DNA of 64,000 nt from Nonlabens sp. (GTDB lineage Bacteria; Bacteroidota; Bacteroidia; Flavobacteriales; Flavobacteriaceae). The position numbers and the translations under genes were made by a program. The notes below the pieces were generated by a model. It made no database searches. It saw nothing but the letters and a program-made list of their open reading frames with translations, and was not told where the DNA came from. Where the stretch lies: positions 2,539 to 66,538 of the forward strand of contig NZ_JBPOGG010000012.1 of assembly GCF_051251825.1 (NCBI RefSeq), given 5' to 3'. The stretch's first letter is position 1. Every line of letters starts with the position of its first letter. This document shows, piece after piece, positions 38,676-49,081 of the stretch.

Positions 38676-40095
38676 TAATTAATCCAGTTAGGATGTCGGT
38701 AGTTTTTGCATAACTAGGTCTGTGGATATAGTCAGATAATACTATTTCCCCTTTTTTATTAATGATGGTATACGTAGGGAATCCTTCTAAATCTATTTGC
38801 TTGAAAATAGGTCTTGATTGCTCATTAGTTAAAAAGTAGTGTTTTCCTGCAATCTGATATTTTGCGATAGATGGAAGGTAATTCTTCTCTTTACTATTAT
38901 GACATAAATAAACAAACTCTACATCATCTTTAAACTTCTCATGTAATTCAGGAGATGCTTTTTTAAATTCACTTTTACAAGGTCCACACCAGGTTGCCCA
39001 ATTGTCTATGTAGATTACTTTTCCATTTGCGTTTGCAATAATTTCATCAATAAATTGAGCAGAATCTTCAGACTTGAAAGTTAGTAATTCTGCATCTTCA
39101 GGAACCTCTGGATTATCGAGTAGTTTTTTAACTTCATCATACTTAGAAGAAAATGTAGATCCCATCACAGTTCCATCAAACATCTCACTGATTTGCTCTT
39201 TGTTATTCTCATAAAAAGAAATGTTATTATCCTCAAATTGATTCATAACTTTACTCTGCATGATTTTCTTTTTCAAATAAGGATTATTTTCTAAAGAGTT
39301 CCAACGTTTCATATACGCTTCTTCTCTAGCAAGATCATTGTCTTCAATGGCGTCTCTTTCCCATATGTAACCTATGTAGTTTAAAGTCGTTGTAGGATTG
39401 CTGTTATTGATATCATAAAGTTCTTTGTACTCAGGTAAGTTGTTCAATGACTCTAGAAATGTAGAATCTTGAAAAGCGGCAGGTCCTTGAGGATTAAAAA
39501 GTGCATATGTTATTTTTTTAGAAGGAATAAAAAACTCTTCTTCAGAGTTGACATAAGCTTTTACTACAGGAAAATCATTTTTTGCAAGGAAATCTGCGTT
39601 GTATGACTTGATAGCGCTTAAAGCACTTTCCAGACTCGCTGCATATTCTTGTGGAGATAATGCATCTTTTCCTTCTAGCAACTCCGCAGCCGGATTATTT
39701 TTAGTGTATTGTTCCATGGCCTTATTTGCCGCTCCAGCGTTACCACCATAGGTTGTGTTTTTGAAACGAGCATCAGTCATTATGGTAATAGAATCTCCTG
39801 GACTAGCAACCAGTTGTGTCCCAAAGTCTCCATATAAAGCAAAACTTCTCGTTTTTTCCAAAGGAATAGTAGTTGAGAAACTTCCGTCTGCATCTACAGC
39901 AACTTCAATCTCATCATAATCTGCTTTTAGGTCATTATAGACATAAGCTTTCAATTGTTCTGGAATAGCGATAGAATCTACGGCTGTAATTTTCCCAGAT
40001 ACATAAACTTCTTTTTGAACCGCGTTTTCGGTTTTTTTATCGTCGCAAGCTATAAGTGCAACGATTGCAAGGACTAAGAGTACAATTTTCTTCAT
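38662..40095 (-). CDS. TlpA/thioredoxin-like lipoprotein
   Basis: Lipobox LIAC; C-terminal WATWCGPC, GFPTY. Confidence 0.8.
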   Translation of the reverse strand: MKKIVLLVLAIVALIACDDKKTENAVQKEVYVSGKITAVDSIAIPEQLKAYVYNDLKADYDEIEVAVDADGSFSTTIPLEKTRSFALYGDFGTQLVASPGDSITIMTDARFKNTTYGGNAGAANKAMEQYTKNNPAAELLEGKDALSPQEYAASLESALSAIKSYNADFLAKNDFPVVKAYVNSEEEFFIPSKKITYALFNPQGPAAFQDSTFLESLNNLPEYKELYDINNSNPTTTLNYIGYIWERDAIEDNDLAREEAYMKRWNSLENNPYLKKKIMQSKVMNQFEDNNISFYENNKEQISEMFDGTVMGSTFSSKYDEVKKLLDNPEVPEDAELLTFKSEDSAQFIDEIIANANGKVIYIDNWATWCGPCKSEFKKASPELHEKFKDDVEFVYLCHNSKEKNYLPSIAKYQIAGKHYFLTNEQSRPIFKQIDLEGFPTYTIINKKGEIVLSDYIHRPSYAKTTDILTGLINEEI

Positions 40096-40102
40096 GATTA
40101 AC

Positions 40103-41530
40103 TTATTTTAATTTTTCTAATAACACCACACTTTCTACGTGATGTGTTTGTGGAAACATATCCACGGGTTGGTATTTAATAATTTGATATACTTCTTTTA
40201 ATAACGCAAGATCACGTGCTTGTGTTGCACTATTGCAACTTACGTAAACTATACGTGGTGCAGCAAGTGCAAGTAACTGTGCTACTACGTCTTTATGCAT
40301 TCCGTCACGTGGAGGATCTGTGATAACAACATCTGGTGCTCCATGTTCTGCGATAAAATCTGCTGTAAAAACATCACGCATGTCGCCTGCAAAAAACGTA
40401 GTGTTATCGATTCCGTTATGAGCAGCGTTTGCCTTAGCATCTTCAATCGCTACGGGAACAGATTCAATTCCTACGACGTGTTTTGCCTTTTTTGCAACAA
40501 ACTGAGCGATCGTACCAGTTCCAGTATATAAATCATAAACTAGTTCTTCTCCAGTTAAACCAGCAAAGTCACGAGTGATTTTATATAATTCATGCGCTTG
40601 AGCAGAGTTGGTCTGATAAAAAGATTTTGCGTTAATCTTGAATTGCAAACCTTCCATTTCTTCAAAAATATGATCACGTCCATGATAACATATCACGTCT
40701 TGATCATAAATCGTGTCGTTTGCTTTTTCATTAATAATGTATTGCAACGACGTGATTTGTGGAAATTCAGATTTTAAATGTTCCAGCAATGCTATACGTG
40801 CTTTTTCGTCTTCTTTAAAGAACTGGATTACCACCATATTCTCACCAGTGGACGACATACGCAGCATTAAAGTTCTTAGAATTCCAGATTTTTCTCTAGG
40901 GTTAAAATATTCTATGTTTTCCGCTTCCGCGAAAGCGTGAACACTCAATCTAATTTGCTCACCAATGGCAGGATGTAAATGACATTCATCCAGGTGTAAT
41001 ATCTTATCCCACATTCCAGGAATGTGAAAACCAAGTGCTTTTTTATCTTCAATTTGTACATCACTTTGAATCTCCTCAAGAGTCAACCAGCGACTTGCAG
41101 AAAAGCTGAACTCCATTTTATTACGGTAATAAAACTGCTCTGCAGATCCTGCGATAGGAGTGACCTCAGGTAATTCTAGATGACCTATTCTGGTGAGGTT
41201 TTCAACCACTTCTTTTTGCTTAAAATACAGCTGACTTTCATAGCCCATGTGTTGCCATTTACAGCCACCACAAGTGCCAAAGTGTTTACATAAAGGCTCT
41301 GTACGCCTGTCTGATAATTTATGAAAAACGGTCGCTTCACCTTCATAAAAAGATTTTCTCTTCTTGAAAGTTTTAATATCTACGACATCTCCAGGCACTG
41401 CATTTTTAAGAAAAATGACAGCTCCATCTTCAGTTTTTGCAACACTTTTTCCTTTTGCTCCAGCATCTACTACTGGTACGTTTTCAAAAGTTTTGTGGGC
41501 ACGATTTCTTCTTTTTGACATAAGTATCAA
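40103..41530 (-). CDS. rlmD: 23S rRNA (uracil-5)-methyltransferase
   Basis: TRAM domain, CKHFGTCGGC, SFYQTN, DPPRDG, YVSCN, DMFPQTHHVE. Confidence 0.92.
   Translation of the reverse strand: MILMSKRRNRAHKTFENVPVVDAGAKGKSVAKTEDGAVIFLKNAVPGDVVDIKTFKKRKSFYEGEATVFHKLSDRRTEPLCKHFGTCGGCKWQHMGYESQLYFKQKEVVENLTRIGHLELPEVTPIAGSAEQFYYRNKMEFSFSASRWLTLEEIQSDVQIEDKKALGFHIPGMWDKILHLDECHLHPAIGEQIRLSVHAFAEAENIEYFNPREKSGILRTLMLRMSSTGENMVVIQFFKEDEKARIALLEHLKSEFPQITSLQYIINEKANDTIYDQDVICYHGRDHIFEEMEGLQFKINAKSFYQTNSAQAHELYKITRDFAGLTGEELVYDLYTGTGTIAQFVAKKAKHVVGIESVPVAIEDAKANAAHNGIDNTTFFAGDMRDVFTADFIAEHGAPDVVITDPPRDGMHKDVVAQLLALAAPRIVYVSCNSATQARDLALLKEVYQIIKYQPVDMFPQTHHVESVVLLEKLK
40922..40937. repeat. Palindrome copy 11 (one internal mismatch), in rlmD (HAFAEA)
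   Basis: CGCTTCCGCGAAAGCG. Confidence 0.85.
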
Positions 41531-41675
41531 AATTAATCTAATTATGCCTTTTTAGAGAATCTTTGAGCTGTTAAGTTGTGCCTCTTTCAGTTAACATTAT
41601 AAAATTCTTAAAGCTTATAATTTTAATGCTGTAATCTTAATGATTAAATTGCGGCAAAAGATAAAAACTCATCTT

Positions 41676-42953
41676 ATGAAAGTAGAAACTGAAAGCAAAG
41701 CACAACATTATATAGATCTAGAAGATAAACACGGAGCTCATAACTATCATCCACTGCCAGTGGTGCTAGAAAAAGGAGATGGCGTTTATGTATGGGATGT
41801 AGATGGTAAAAGGTACTTTGATTTTTTAAGTGCATACTCTGCAGTTAATCAAGGACACTGTCATCCAGCGATTGTAAATGCAATGAATGAGCAGGCACAA
41901 ACGCTTACATTAACATCACGTGCATTTCATAATGATAAGTTAGGCGTTTATGAGAAGTATATGACAGAATATTTTGGGTTTGATAAAGTCTTACCTATGA
42001 ATACTGGTGCTGAGGCTGTTGAAACGGCTATCAAGTTAGCACGTAAATGGGCTTATGAAAAGAAAGGCGTGGCTGAGCACGAAGCCAAAATTATAGTGGC
42101 AGAGAATAATTTCCACGGTCGCACCACAACTATTATTTCGTTTTCAAATGATGAAGGCGCTCGCAAGAACTTCGGACCATATACTCCTGGTTTTATAAAA
42201 ATCCCTTACGATGACACCGCAGCTTTAGAAGAAGCATTGCAGCAAGATAACATCGCAGGATTCTTAGTAGAACCTATTCAAGGTGAAGCTGGTGTTTACA
42301 CGCCAGATGATGAATACATGAGAAAATCACAGGAGCTTTGTAAAAAATACAATGCACTTTTCATAGCAGATGAGATTCAGACAGGAATCGCTCGTACAGG
42401 TGCATTACTTGCTGTATGTGGTAAATGTGATTGTGCTGGTCACTGTGAAAAGCAAGCTGCCACTTATGCGCAGCCTGATGTGTTGATATTAGGTAAAGCA
42501 TTATCTGGTGGAGCTTATCCAGTAAGTGCTGTTCTTGCAAATGATGATATCATGAATGTCATTAAACCAGGACAGCACGGTAGTACTTTTGGTGGGAATC
42601 CTGTTGCAGCAGCAGTAGGAATGGCAGCATTAAATGTGGTGAAAGATGAAAAGCTCGCACAGAACGCTCGTGACCTAGGAAATCACTTTAGAAATCGCAT
42701 TAATGAGTATATTAAAACTACAGACATCGTAACACTAGTTCGTGGTCGCGGTTTATTAAATGCGATTGTTATTAATGATACCGAAGAAGGTGATACGGCA
42801 TGGAACATTTGTTTGAAATTACGTGATAATGGATTGCTTGCAAAGCCTACTCATGGAAACATCATACGTTTTGCGCCACCACTTGTAATGACTCGTGAGC
42901 AACTTGATGATTGTATTGATATTATTATAAAGACACTCAAAAATTTTGAGTAA
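41676..42953 (+). CDS. rocD: Ornithine--oxo-acid transaminase
   Basis: [42 protein letters not shown]; start moved to MKVET. Confidence 0.92.
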   Translation: MKVETESKAQHYIDLEDKHGAHNYHPLPVVLEKGDGVYVWDVDGKRYFDFLSAYSAVNQGHCHPAIVNAMNEQAQTLTLTSRAFHNDKLGVYEKYMTEYFGFDKVLPMNTGAEAVETAIKLARKWAYEKKGVAEHEAKIIVAENNFHGRTTTIISFSNDEGARKNFGPYTPGFIKIPYDDTAALEEALQQDNIAGFLVEPIQGEAGVYTPDDEYMRKSQELCKKYNALFIADEIQTGIARTGALLAVCGKCDCAGHCEKQAATYAQPDVLILGKALSGGAYPVSAVLANDDIMNVIKPGQHGSTFGGNPVAAAVGMAALNVVKDEKLAQNARDLGNHFRNRINEYIKTTDIVTLVRGRGLLNAIVINDTEEGDTAWNICLKLRDNGLLAKPTHGNIIRFAPPLVMTREQLDDCIDIIIKTLKNFE

Positions 42954-42999
42954 TAAGTATTTATTTACCTAAGAATTATTTAGGATCTAAAAGGTTAAA

Positions 43000-43028
43000 A
43001 AAAAAGGCTCGCAACGCGAGCCTTTTTT
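43000..43028. terminator. Bidirectional intrinsic terminator
   Basis: aaaaaaggctcgc-aac-gcgagcctttttt. Confidence 0.85.
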
Positions 43029-43048
43029 GTGAGTATATCATTGGATGA

Positions 43049-43411
43049 TTATCTACAACCAGCTTCTTCTGCTGCTTTGTAAATTTGATCCATAGACTCT
43101 GCAGGAACATTAGGGTTTCCTTCAAATAATCCTATGTACCAGTCAAAGAAAGCACATGGATTAACAAGTGACCATATTACAAACGCTAGACCTATAAATG
43201 AAATTAGTAAGGAAATAATACTAACTGTTTTAGCAGTTTTCATTGCTTTACCATTGCTGTATAAATCTGGGTTTTCGTCATATTTTTTAAGCTCTTTTGT
43301 AGCGATTACAATTGCTATAATTGCGGCTACGGTTCCTAGTCCATATACACAACAACATAATATTCCTACTATTGATAATATGTAAACTGCGGTGGTGTTT
43401 AATTTTTGCAT
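43049..43411 (-). CDS. CCC-motif small membrane protein, paralogue 2
   Basis: YILSIVGILCCC, YSNGKAMKTAKTVS. Confidence 0.75.
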   Translation of the reverse strand: MQKLNTTAVYILSIVGILCCCVYGLGTVAAIIAIVIATKELKKYDENPDLYSNGKAMKTAKTVSIISLLISFIGLAFVIWSLVNPCAFFDWYIGLFEGNPNVPAESMDQIYKAAEEAGCR

Positions 43412-43448
43412 GAAAAAATAATTTTATGATTGATAAAGTAAAAATAAT

Positions 43449-43478
43449 AAAAAAGGGAACGCAATGCGCTCCCTTTTT
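43449..43478 (-). terminator. Terminator between the two CCC paralogues
   Basis: aaaaagggaacgca-a-tgcgctcccttttt. Confidence 0.65.
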
Positions 43479-43499
43479 AGGTATTACTTAGAAGTTAGA

Positions 43500-43832
43500 C
43501 TACCATGGTAATTCTATTCCCATTTCTTCTAGTTGTTCTCTTTGCTCTAATTCTTGTTGAGCTCTTTCTTCTTCGGTCGTTGTTGCATAAGTATAAAGTG
43601 TATATGCAGCAACTAAGGCAGCAAGGATAGTTACTACTAGAGAAACTGTTTTAGCAGTTTTCATAGCAGGTCCATTAGAATATCCATCTGGGTTTGCTTC
43701 ATATTCTTTTACTCCTTTGTTAGCTAGGTAAAAACCTATTGCAGCTGGAATAACTCCTATTCCTGAGCAGCAACAAAGTACAAAACCTACTACAGATAGG
43801 ATGTAAACTAAAGTTGTGTTTAATTTTTGCAT
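43500..43832 (-). CDS. CCC-motif small membrane protein, paralogue 1
   Basis: YILSVVGFVLCCC, YSNGPAMKTAKTVS. Confidence 0.75.
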   Translation of the reverse strand: MQKLNTTLVYILSVVGFVLCCCSGIGVIPAAIGFYLANKGVKEYEANPDGYSNGPAMKTAKTVSLVVTILAALVAAYTLYTYATTTEEERAQQELEQREQLEEMGIELPW

Positions 43833-43849
43833 AATGATTGATTGGTTGG

Positions 43850-44140
43850 TTAAATTAATTTGATTATAAAATTAGTAACAACGGTTCCTAGTGTGAGGAC
43901 AGCAAGCACAAGCTTGATAGTTTCTCCATGTTTTATTTTAAAGAACCAGTCAAATGTAAGAAAAACTAAAAGAAATATGAGTGGATAAATTCCAGGATAC
44001 ATAAAGAATGCCTCACTGAATTCTCCTTTTAGCAAAAAAGCAATAGATCGCTGGATACCACATCCAGGACAATCTGCACCAGTTAACTTTTTACTCATGC
44101 ACGGCAGCATCCAGCTGTCATCGGCACTTAGTGAAATCAT
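43850..44140 (-). CDS. DUF2752 domain protein
   Basis: LPCMSKKLTGADCPGCGIQRS. Confidence 0.8.
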   Translation of the reverse strand: MISLSADDSWMLPCMSKKLTGADCPGCGIQRSIAFLLKGEFSEAFFMYPGIYPLIFLLVFLTFDWFFKIKHGETIKLVLAVLTLGTVVTNFIIKLI

Positions 44141-44141
44141 A

Positions 44142-46127
44142 CTAGTTGTTAATGCTCACCTTTACAGCAACTTCTTGCTGGTTTGAAGTAAGAACTCTTA
44201 CGATGTAAATACCAGAGCTTATGTTCCCAGTTTCAAAAGTATAAGCACTGTTAGAAGTACCTTCTTTACTAGCGATAACTTGTTTTCCTGCAAGATCATA
44301 CAAAGTAATATCACTTACTTCAAGACCATTAGGATTGTGAACCGTTAATAGTTGACGGTTGTTATTTTGAACAATGTCAAATTGATCATCGGTACTTACA
44401 GAATCGTTAGATAGAGTAGTAGGATTTTCAAATACAATTTCAAAACGATCATCTATTTGACCAGCATTTAAGATAGTTGTAAAAGAACCATTTTTTACGT
44501 CGTGATACGTGTTATTATATTTATCATGGATTAGAACATTTTGTGTGTCAAAATTTTCAAATCCGCCTACATGGAATTCCAATGTGGTGTTGTTTGCTGC
44601 AATATCTACACCTAAATCTACTGTTTTAGTAACCGCAAATGGTATTGTTTTAATTACATATTCATTACCAAACTGAGGCATATATACATCAGTGTCTTGT
44701 CTGTTTGCATTTATTTTCCCTTCAAGTCCCCAATCTAAGTTGTCTGTAGAGTCGTCACCAAATGCAAGAAGTAATTGTCTTACATATGTATCATTCACTT
44801 TGATGTTTAATTTAAGTTTAGGTCTGATATAAATCGGGTTGCCACTTAAAGGATTGTTATTTCCACTTCCTGGAGCTGCTTTGAAATAAGAATCAGCATC
44901 TTCCTTGTAAAAAGCTCTTTGTCTATTTGTAAATAATGCGGTTCCAGAAGTACCCAAGGCAAATGTAGGTTCCGTTACTGAAGGAGTGCTAACATCATCA
45001 ATAGATTCAGCTCTACTAATCATAAAACCTTGCCCTATTGCTGCATATCTTCTAGATACCGTTGCGCCAGAAGGAGAAACAGGTCCGCTTGCAACGTTTC
45101 CACTTGTAATGTTACCTGCACTGTCAAATCTTGTATAAGTAGGATAGGAATACATTCCATTATCTACTCCAGTGTATTTTCCGTTTGCGTCTAATGTAGC
45201 GTTAGTTACGCCACCTGGGACATATGTTCCATATCCACCTTCATAATCAGTTAATTGATGAGAGGTCGAATACTGTTCCCAGAATAAAACGGCGTTGTCA
45301 ATTTCAGAATTTGCAAGTTCATCGCCAGCTGGCGCAGTACGATCATAATTTGCATCTATTAAAAATTGTTTTAAATCCAAAGCACTTGGGTAAGGATTAC
45401 CTACAAGCGTATTATCATCTGTCTCTACAGTTACAGTAATATTTCCATTATTAGGTCTTCCTCTAAAATCATAACGCTGTCCACCTGTAAATTTGTTAGG
45501 TCCAGCTCCAGTAGTTCCTTTCATAGAGAAACCATATCCAGCATCTAGTGAAGTTGTTGCGCCATTAAAAGCAGCCCATCCTGAGTATCCTCCACCATTT
45601 CTATAAGAATACAACCATCTTCCTGCAATTCTTAAAGGTTGTACAACACCTGAAGAGGTTTGGTCGTCAGTAATTCCATCTCTTATACTTGTATTAAGAA
45701 TGGTAGATTGTTGTGAGTTTATTACATAATTAGTTCTCAAATCAGCTTCTACAGCAGTATTATCAAATCCAGTTTCAGTAAAACCAGCTTGAAGCGTAGG
45801 GAAATGAATTTGACTATTTAAAAAGCCTTGGTTACCAGTTGCAGTAGGTTCTCCTACCGGTGCAGACCAGTAATTATAATCGTAGTTTGTAGCAGTTCCC
45901 TCTTGAAAAACAGAAAGCACTCCAGGTCCTTCATTAGGAGTATCATCACCTTGAATCAATTGAGCTTCACCTCTTAAATAGATCTTCCCGTTAGTAGTTA
46001 GGTTGATTTTTCCTTTTGCGTATAGATCTGTTCCCTTAGAATATATAAATCCATCTCCAACATACACCTGAGCAGAAACACTTGCGACAAAAAGAAACGC
46101 TATAAAACTTAAAATAAAATTTTTCAT
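44142..46127 (-). CDS. T9SS type-A cargo protein, unknown function
   Basis: Signal peptide VSAQ; YNYWSAPV, LVGNPYPSALD; CTD LYDLAGKQV...SSGIYIVRV; start moved to MKNFIL. Confidence 0.8.
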   Translation of the reverse strand: MKNFILSFIAFLFVASVSAQVYVGDGFIYSKGTDLYAKGKINLTTNGKIYLRGEAQLIQGDDTPNEGPGVLSVFQEGTATNYDYNYWSAPVGEPTATGNQGFLNSQIHFPTLQAGFTETGFDNTAVEADLRTNYVINSQQSTILNTSIRDGITDDQTSSGVVQPLRIAGRWLYSYRNGGGYSGWAAFNGATTSLDAGYGFSMKGTTGAGPNKFTGGQRYDFRGRPNNGNITVTVETDDNTLVGNPYPSALDLKQFLIDANYDRTAPAGDELANSEIDNAVLFWEQYSTSHQLTDYEGGYGTYVPGGVTNATLDANGKYTGVDNGMYSYPTYTRFDSAGNITSGNVASGPVSPSGATVSRRYAAIGQGFMISRAESIDDVSTPSVTEPTFALGTSGTALFTNRQRAFYKEDADSYFKAAPGSGNNNPLSGNPIYIRPKLKLNIKVNDTYVRQLLLAFGDDSTDNLDWGLEGKINANRQDTDVYMPQFGNEYVIKTIPFAVTKTVDLGVDIAANNTTLEFHVGGFENFDTQNVLIHDKYNNTYHDVKNGSFTTILNAGQIDDRFEIVFENPTTLSNDSVSTDDQFDIVQNNNRQLLTVHNPNGLEVSDITLYDLAGKQVIASKEGTSNSAYTFETGNISSGIYIVRVLTSNQQEVAVKVSINN

Positions 46128-46244
46128 ATTATTGACTATTATATAGTACATACAAAATAACAGCTTTTAGTGGCTTTTAAGTAAAACTTTGTCGTAAAAA
46201 TTAATTAACGATACTTATATTAGATGTATGGTAAAAATTACACG

Positions 46245-46436
46245 ATGAATAAAACATTTAAGAAACAATATAACGGAATTGTACTTGCGCTGGGAATCGT
46301 ATTTTTCTTAGCTTCTTTATATTTTGAAGAATATAAATTGTTTTTCCAAATCATGGGAATCATTTTGCTTATGGCAGCTGCTTATCTTTATAGCCGCAAA
46401 AGAATCACTGATGAAAATGATGATGAGCAAGTTTAA
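46245..46436 (+). CDS. Small two-helix membrane protein
   Basis: Two hydrophobic segments and acidic tail; overlaps Smr start. Confidence 0.6.
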   Translation: MNKTFKKQYNGIVLALGIVFFLASLYFEEYKLFFQIMGIILLMAAAYLYSRKRITDENDDEQV

Positions 46437-46959
46437 AGTAGGAGACCACGTTCTTGTTTTGGACGACGAGTTTGGTGGTGTGGTAGCTTTCGCGAAAGCG
46501 GAACAAATAACTATTATCACAGATGACGATATCGAGATCACTTACCATGAGTCAGAACTTATTTTAAACCAAAAATTTAAAGTAGAACACGTTGTTGTGA
46601 AGGAGGAAACTAATATTCAAAAAGGTAAAAAGCGACAAGTTTCTCGTAAGAAAGCTAAAGAAATTCCTGCTGTAGAAATAGATTTACACATACATCAACT
46701 TGTTAAAAATGAGCGTGGTATGGATTCTTATGATAAGCTGAATGTTCAAATGGATACCGCTCGACATAAACTAGAATGGGCGAAGAGAGAACGCATTCCT
46801 AAACTAGTTTTTATTCATGGAGTAGGAGAAGGCGTCCTTAAAAAAGAACTTGAATTTCTATTCAATAGATATGATGATATCACCTATTATGATGCCGATT
46901 TCCAAAAATACGGTCGTGGAGCAACAGAGATTTATATCTTACAGAACCCTAAAAGGTAG
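46423..46959 (+). CDS. Smr/MutS2 C-terminal domain protein
   Basis: EIDLHIHQL, VFIHGVGEGVLK, YGRGAT; start moved to MSKFKVGD. Confidence 0.82.
   Translation: MSKFKVGDHVLVLDDEFGGVVAFAKAEQITIITDDDIEITYHESELILNQKFKVEHVVVKEETNIQKGKKRQVSRKKAKEIPAVEIDLHIHQLVKNERGMDSYDKLNVQMDTARHKLEWAKRERIPKLVFIHGVGEGVLKKELEFLFNRYDDITYYDADFQKYGRGATEIYILQNPKR
46486..46500. repeat. Palindrome copy 12 (15/16), in Smr gene (VAFAKAE)
   Basis: A-GCTTTCGCGAAAGCG-GAAC. Confidence 0.9.
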
Positions 46960-47842
46960 GTGTCTCAGAAATGATAATGGTCCTTACATAAGTTCCAAAA
47001 TTATAACTCGCAATTATAATTTCTCTGGAATTACTAACTGCCGTTAAATCTTCAATAGTGATATTTAAAGTGGCTGTATTAGTATAACGGTGAGGTCTAT
47101 ACTCTGTGATAGCTGGACTTGCAGTGGTAGTCGCTTGATCATTTAAATAATTTGCAACAGAACCTATTATATCATTTGCTGGAACAAGGTCACCATTTAA
47201 ATCTTCTTGAATTGTAAGTATTCCATCTCCATCATCATCATTATCAAGATAATTAGGGATTCCATCACCATCTGTATCCACTACTATGCTTGAATCCGTG
47301 CTGTTGAGTTCATCTTCAGTAAATACATTATCACCATCATCATCCATGTCCTTATAGTTAGGGATTCCGTCACCATCTGTATCTAGACTTAAACTTAAAT
47401 CATTCAAATCTATCCCTTCGTCAAGGGCATCTATTCCATCATTATCATCTTCAATGATAATAGATTCTATAGTGACACTTCCAGCTTCTCCTGTGAAAAT
47501 TTGAACTGTGGTAGGTGATGAAGGTGGTACATCATTACAGTAATAAGTCGTTCCTGCAGAGCCGTTAAGTTTACGGTATTCAAAATTATTTGTCGTTAAT
47601 GAAAACGGTCCATAAGTTCCAGACTCTGTGATTATAGGGTTAGTAGTGTTGATGGCAAGTGAGGTGGTTTCATTATCACTATCATCTACAATATAAAAGA
47701 GGTAATCTGAAATTACTTCATCCACGGGAATATCACAAGCTTGCACCGCAGCGCCATCAAAATCCAAATCTTCAACAATCAGATCTCCATCATCACAGCC
47801 TATTAAAGCGATAGGAATTATAAGGTATAGCAGTTTTTTCAT
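46949..47842 (-). CDS. Lipoprotein with TSP3-like Asp-rich calcium-binding repeats
   Basis: Lipobox LIGC; DTDGDGIPNY twice, DDDGDN, DDDGDG; start moved to MKKLLY. Confidence 0.75.
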   Translation of the reverse strand: MKKLLYLIIPIALIGCDDGDLIVEDLDFDGAAVQACDIPVDEVISDYLFYIVDDSDNETTSLAINTTNPIITESGTYGPFSLTTNNFEYRKLNGSAGTTYYCNDVPPSSPTTVQIFTGEAGSVTIESIIIEDDNDGIDALDEGIDLNDLSLSLDTDGDGIPNYKDMDDDGDNVFTEDELNSTDSSIVVDTDGDGIPNYLDNDDDGDGILTIQEDLNGDLVPANDIIGSVANYLNDQATTTASPAITEYRPHRYTNTATLNITIEDLTAVSNSREIIIASYNFGTYVRTIIISETPTF

Positions 47843-47915
47843 GTTCACAAAAATAGGGATTACTATTTGAGCGTTAAAACGAATTTTTAAGGTCATTTAT
47901 TTTACTTTTGCGATT

Positions 47916-49079
47916 ATGAGACAAGTTTATTTAGATAGTGCCGCAACAACACAAATGAGAACTGAAGTTATAGAGGAAATGACTCGTGTTATGACTGAGG
48001 TTTATGGTAACCCAAGTAGTACTCATAGCTATGGTCGCAGTGCAAAATCACTTATTGAAAATGCTCGCAAAAGCATAGCAGCTCAATTAAATGTAACTGC
48101 TGCTGAGATTATTTTTACCGCTGGTGGAACTGAGGCAGATAATCTTGCTATTCATAGCTGTGTGCGCGATTTAAAAGTGGAACGTATCATCACTACTAGA
48201 ATAGAGCACCACGCGGTTCTTTATATAGTGGATCATTGTAAAGAAAAATATGGTACTCAAGTGGAGTACCTTGATTTACAGGATTGTGGAACTCCTAGTT
48301 ATGAGCATCTTGAAGATTTATTAAAAGATGAATCTAAGAAGACTCTTGTGAGTCTCATGCACATTAACAATGAAATAGGGAACAAGCTTGATATAGATCG
48401 AGTAGGAACCATGTGTAAAAAATACAATACTCTTTTTCATAGTGATTGTGTTCAATCCATAGGTCATTACGAAATGGATTTTTCAAAGTTACCGGTTGAT
48501 TTTACAGCAGTTAGTGCCCATAAATTTCATGGTCCTAAAGGAGTAGGATTTGCATTTATAAGAAAAGGAACTGGTTTAAAGCCACTCATTTTAGGTGGTT
48601 CTCAAGAACGCGGCTATCGTGCGGGAACAGAAAGTGTACATAATATTGTAGGTATGGATAAGTCTTTATCTATGGCTTATGAAAACCTCGTTAAAGAACG
48701 CGATTATGTAAAAGGACTGAAAAGTTATTTTAAAGAACAATTACTGGAGAAAATTCCAGGAGTAAAATTTAATGGTAATTGTGGTGATCATGAGAACAGC
48801 ACGTTTACATTATTAAATGTGTGCCTACCATGCCCAGCAGACAAAGCTGCAATGCTACTATTTACCATGGATTTAAAAGGAATCGCTTGTTCTAAAGGCA
48901 GTGCTTGCCAGAGCGGTTCTCAAAAAGGTTCTCATGTATTAACAAACGTATTGCCAGGCGAGGATTTAAATAAGCCTAGTCTTCGTTTCAGCTTTTCTAT
49001 TTTTAACACAAAAGAAGAACTGGATTACGTAGTGAATGTGTTAGAAGAATATTTAGAGTCTATCAAAGTTGTGGCTTAG
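47916..49079 (+). CDS. iscS: Cysteine desulfurase (IscS/NifS family)
   Basis: VYLDSAATT, GNPSSTH, SAHKFHGPKG, SKGSACQS; TACTTTTG at 47903-47910. Confidence 0.88.
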   Translation: MRQVYLDSAATTQMRTEVIEEMTRVMTEVYGNPSSTHSYGRSAKSLIENARKSIAAQLNVTAAEIIFTAGGTEADNLAIHSCVRDLKVERIITTRIEHHAVLYIVDHCKEKYGTQVEYLDLQDCGTPSYEHLEDLLKDESKKTLVSLMHINNEIGNKLDIDRVGTMCKKYNTLFHSDCVQSIGHYEMDFSKLPVDFTAVSAHKFHGPKGVGFAFIRKGTGLKPLILGGSQERGYRAGTESVHNIVGMDKSLSMAYENLVKERDYVKGLKSYFKEQLLEKIPGVKFNGNCGDHENSTFTLLNVCLPCPADKAAMLLFTMDLKGIACSKGSACQSGSQKGSHVLTNVLPGEDLNKPSLRFSFSIFNTKEELDYVVNVLEEYLESIKVVA

Positions 49080-49081
49080 TC

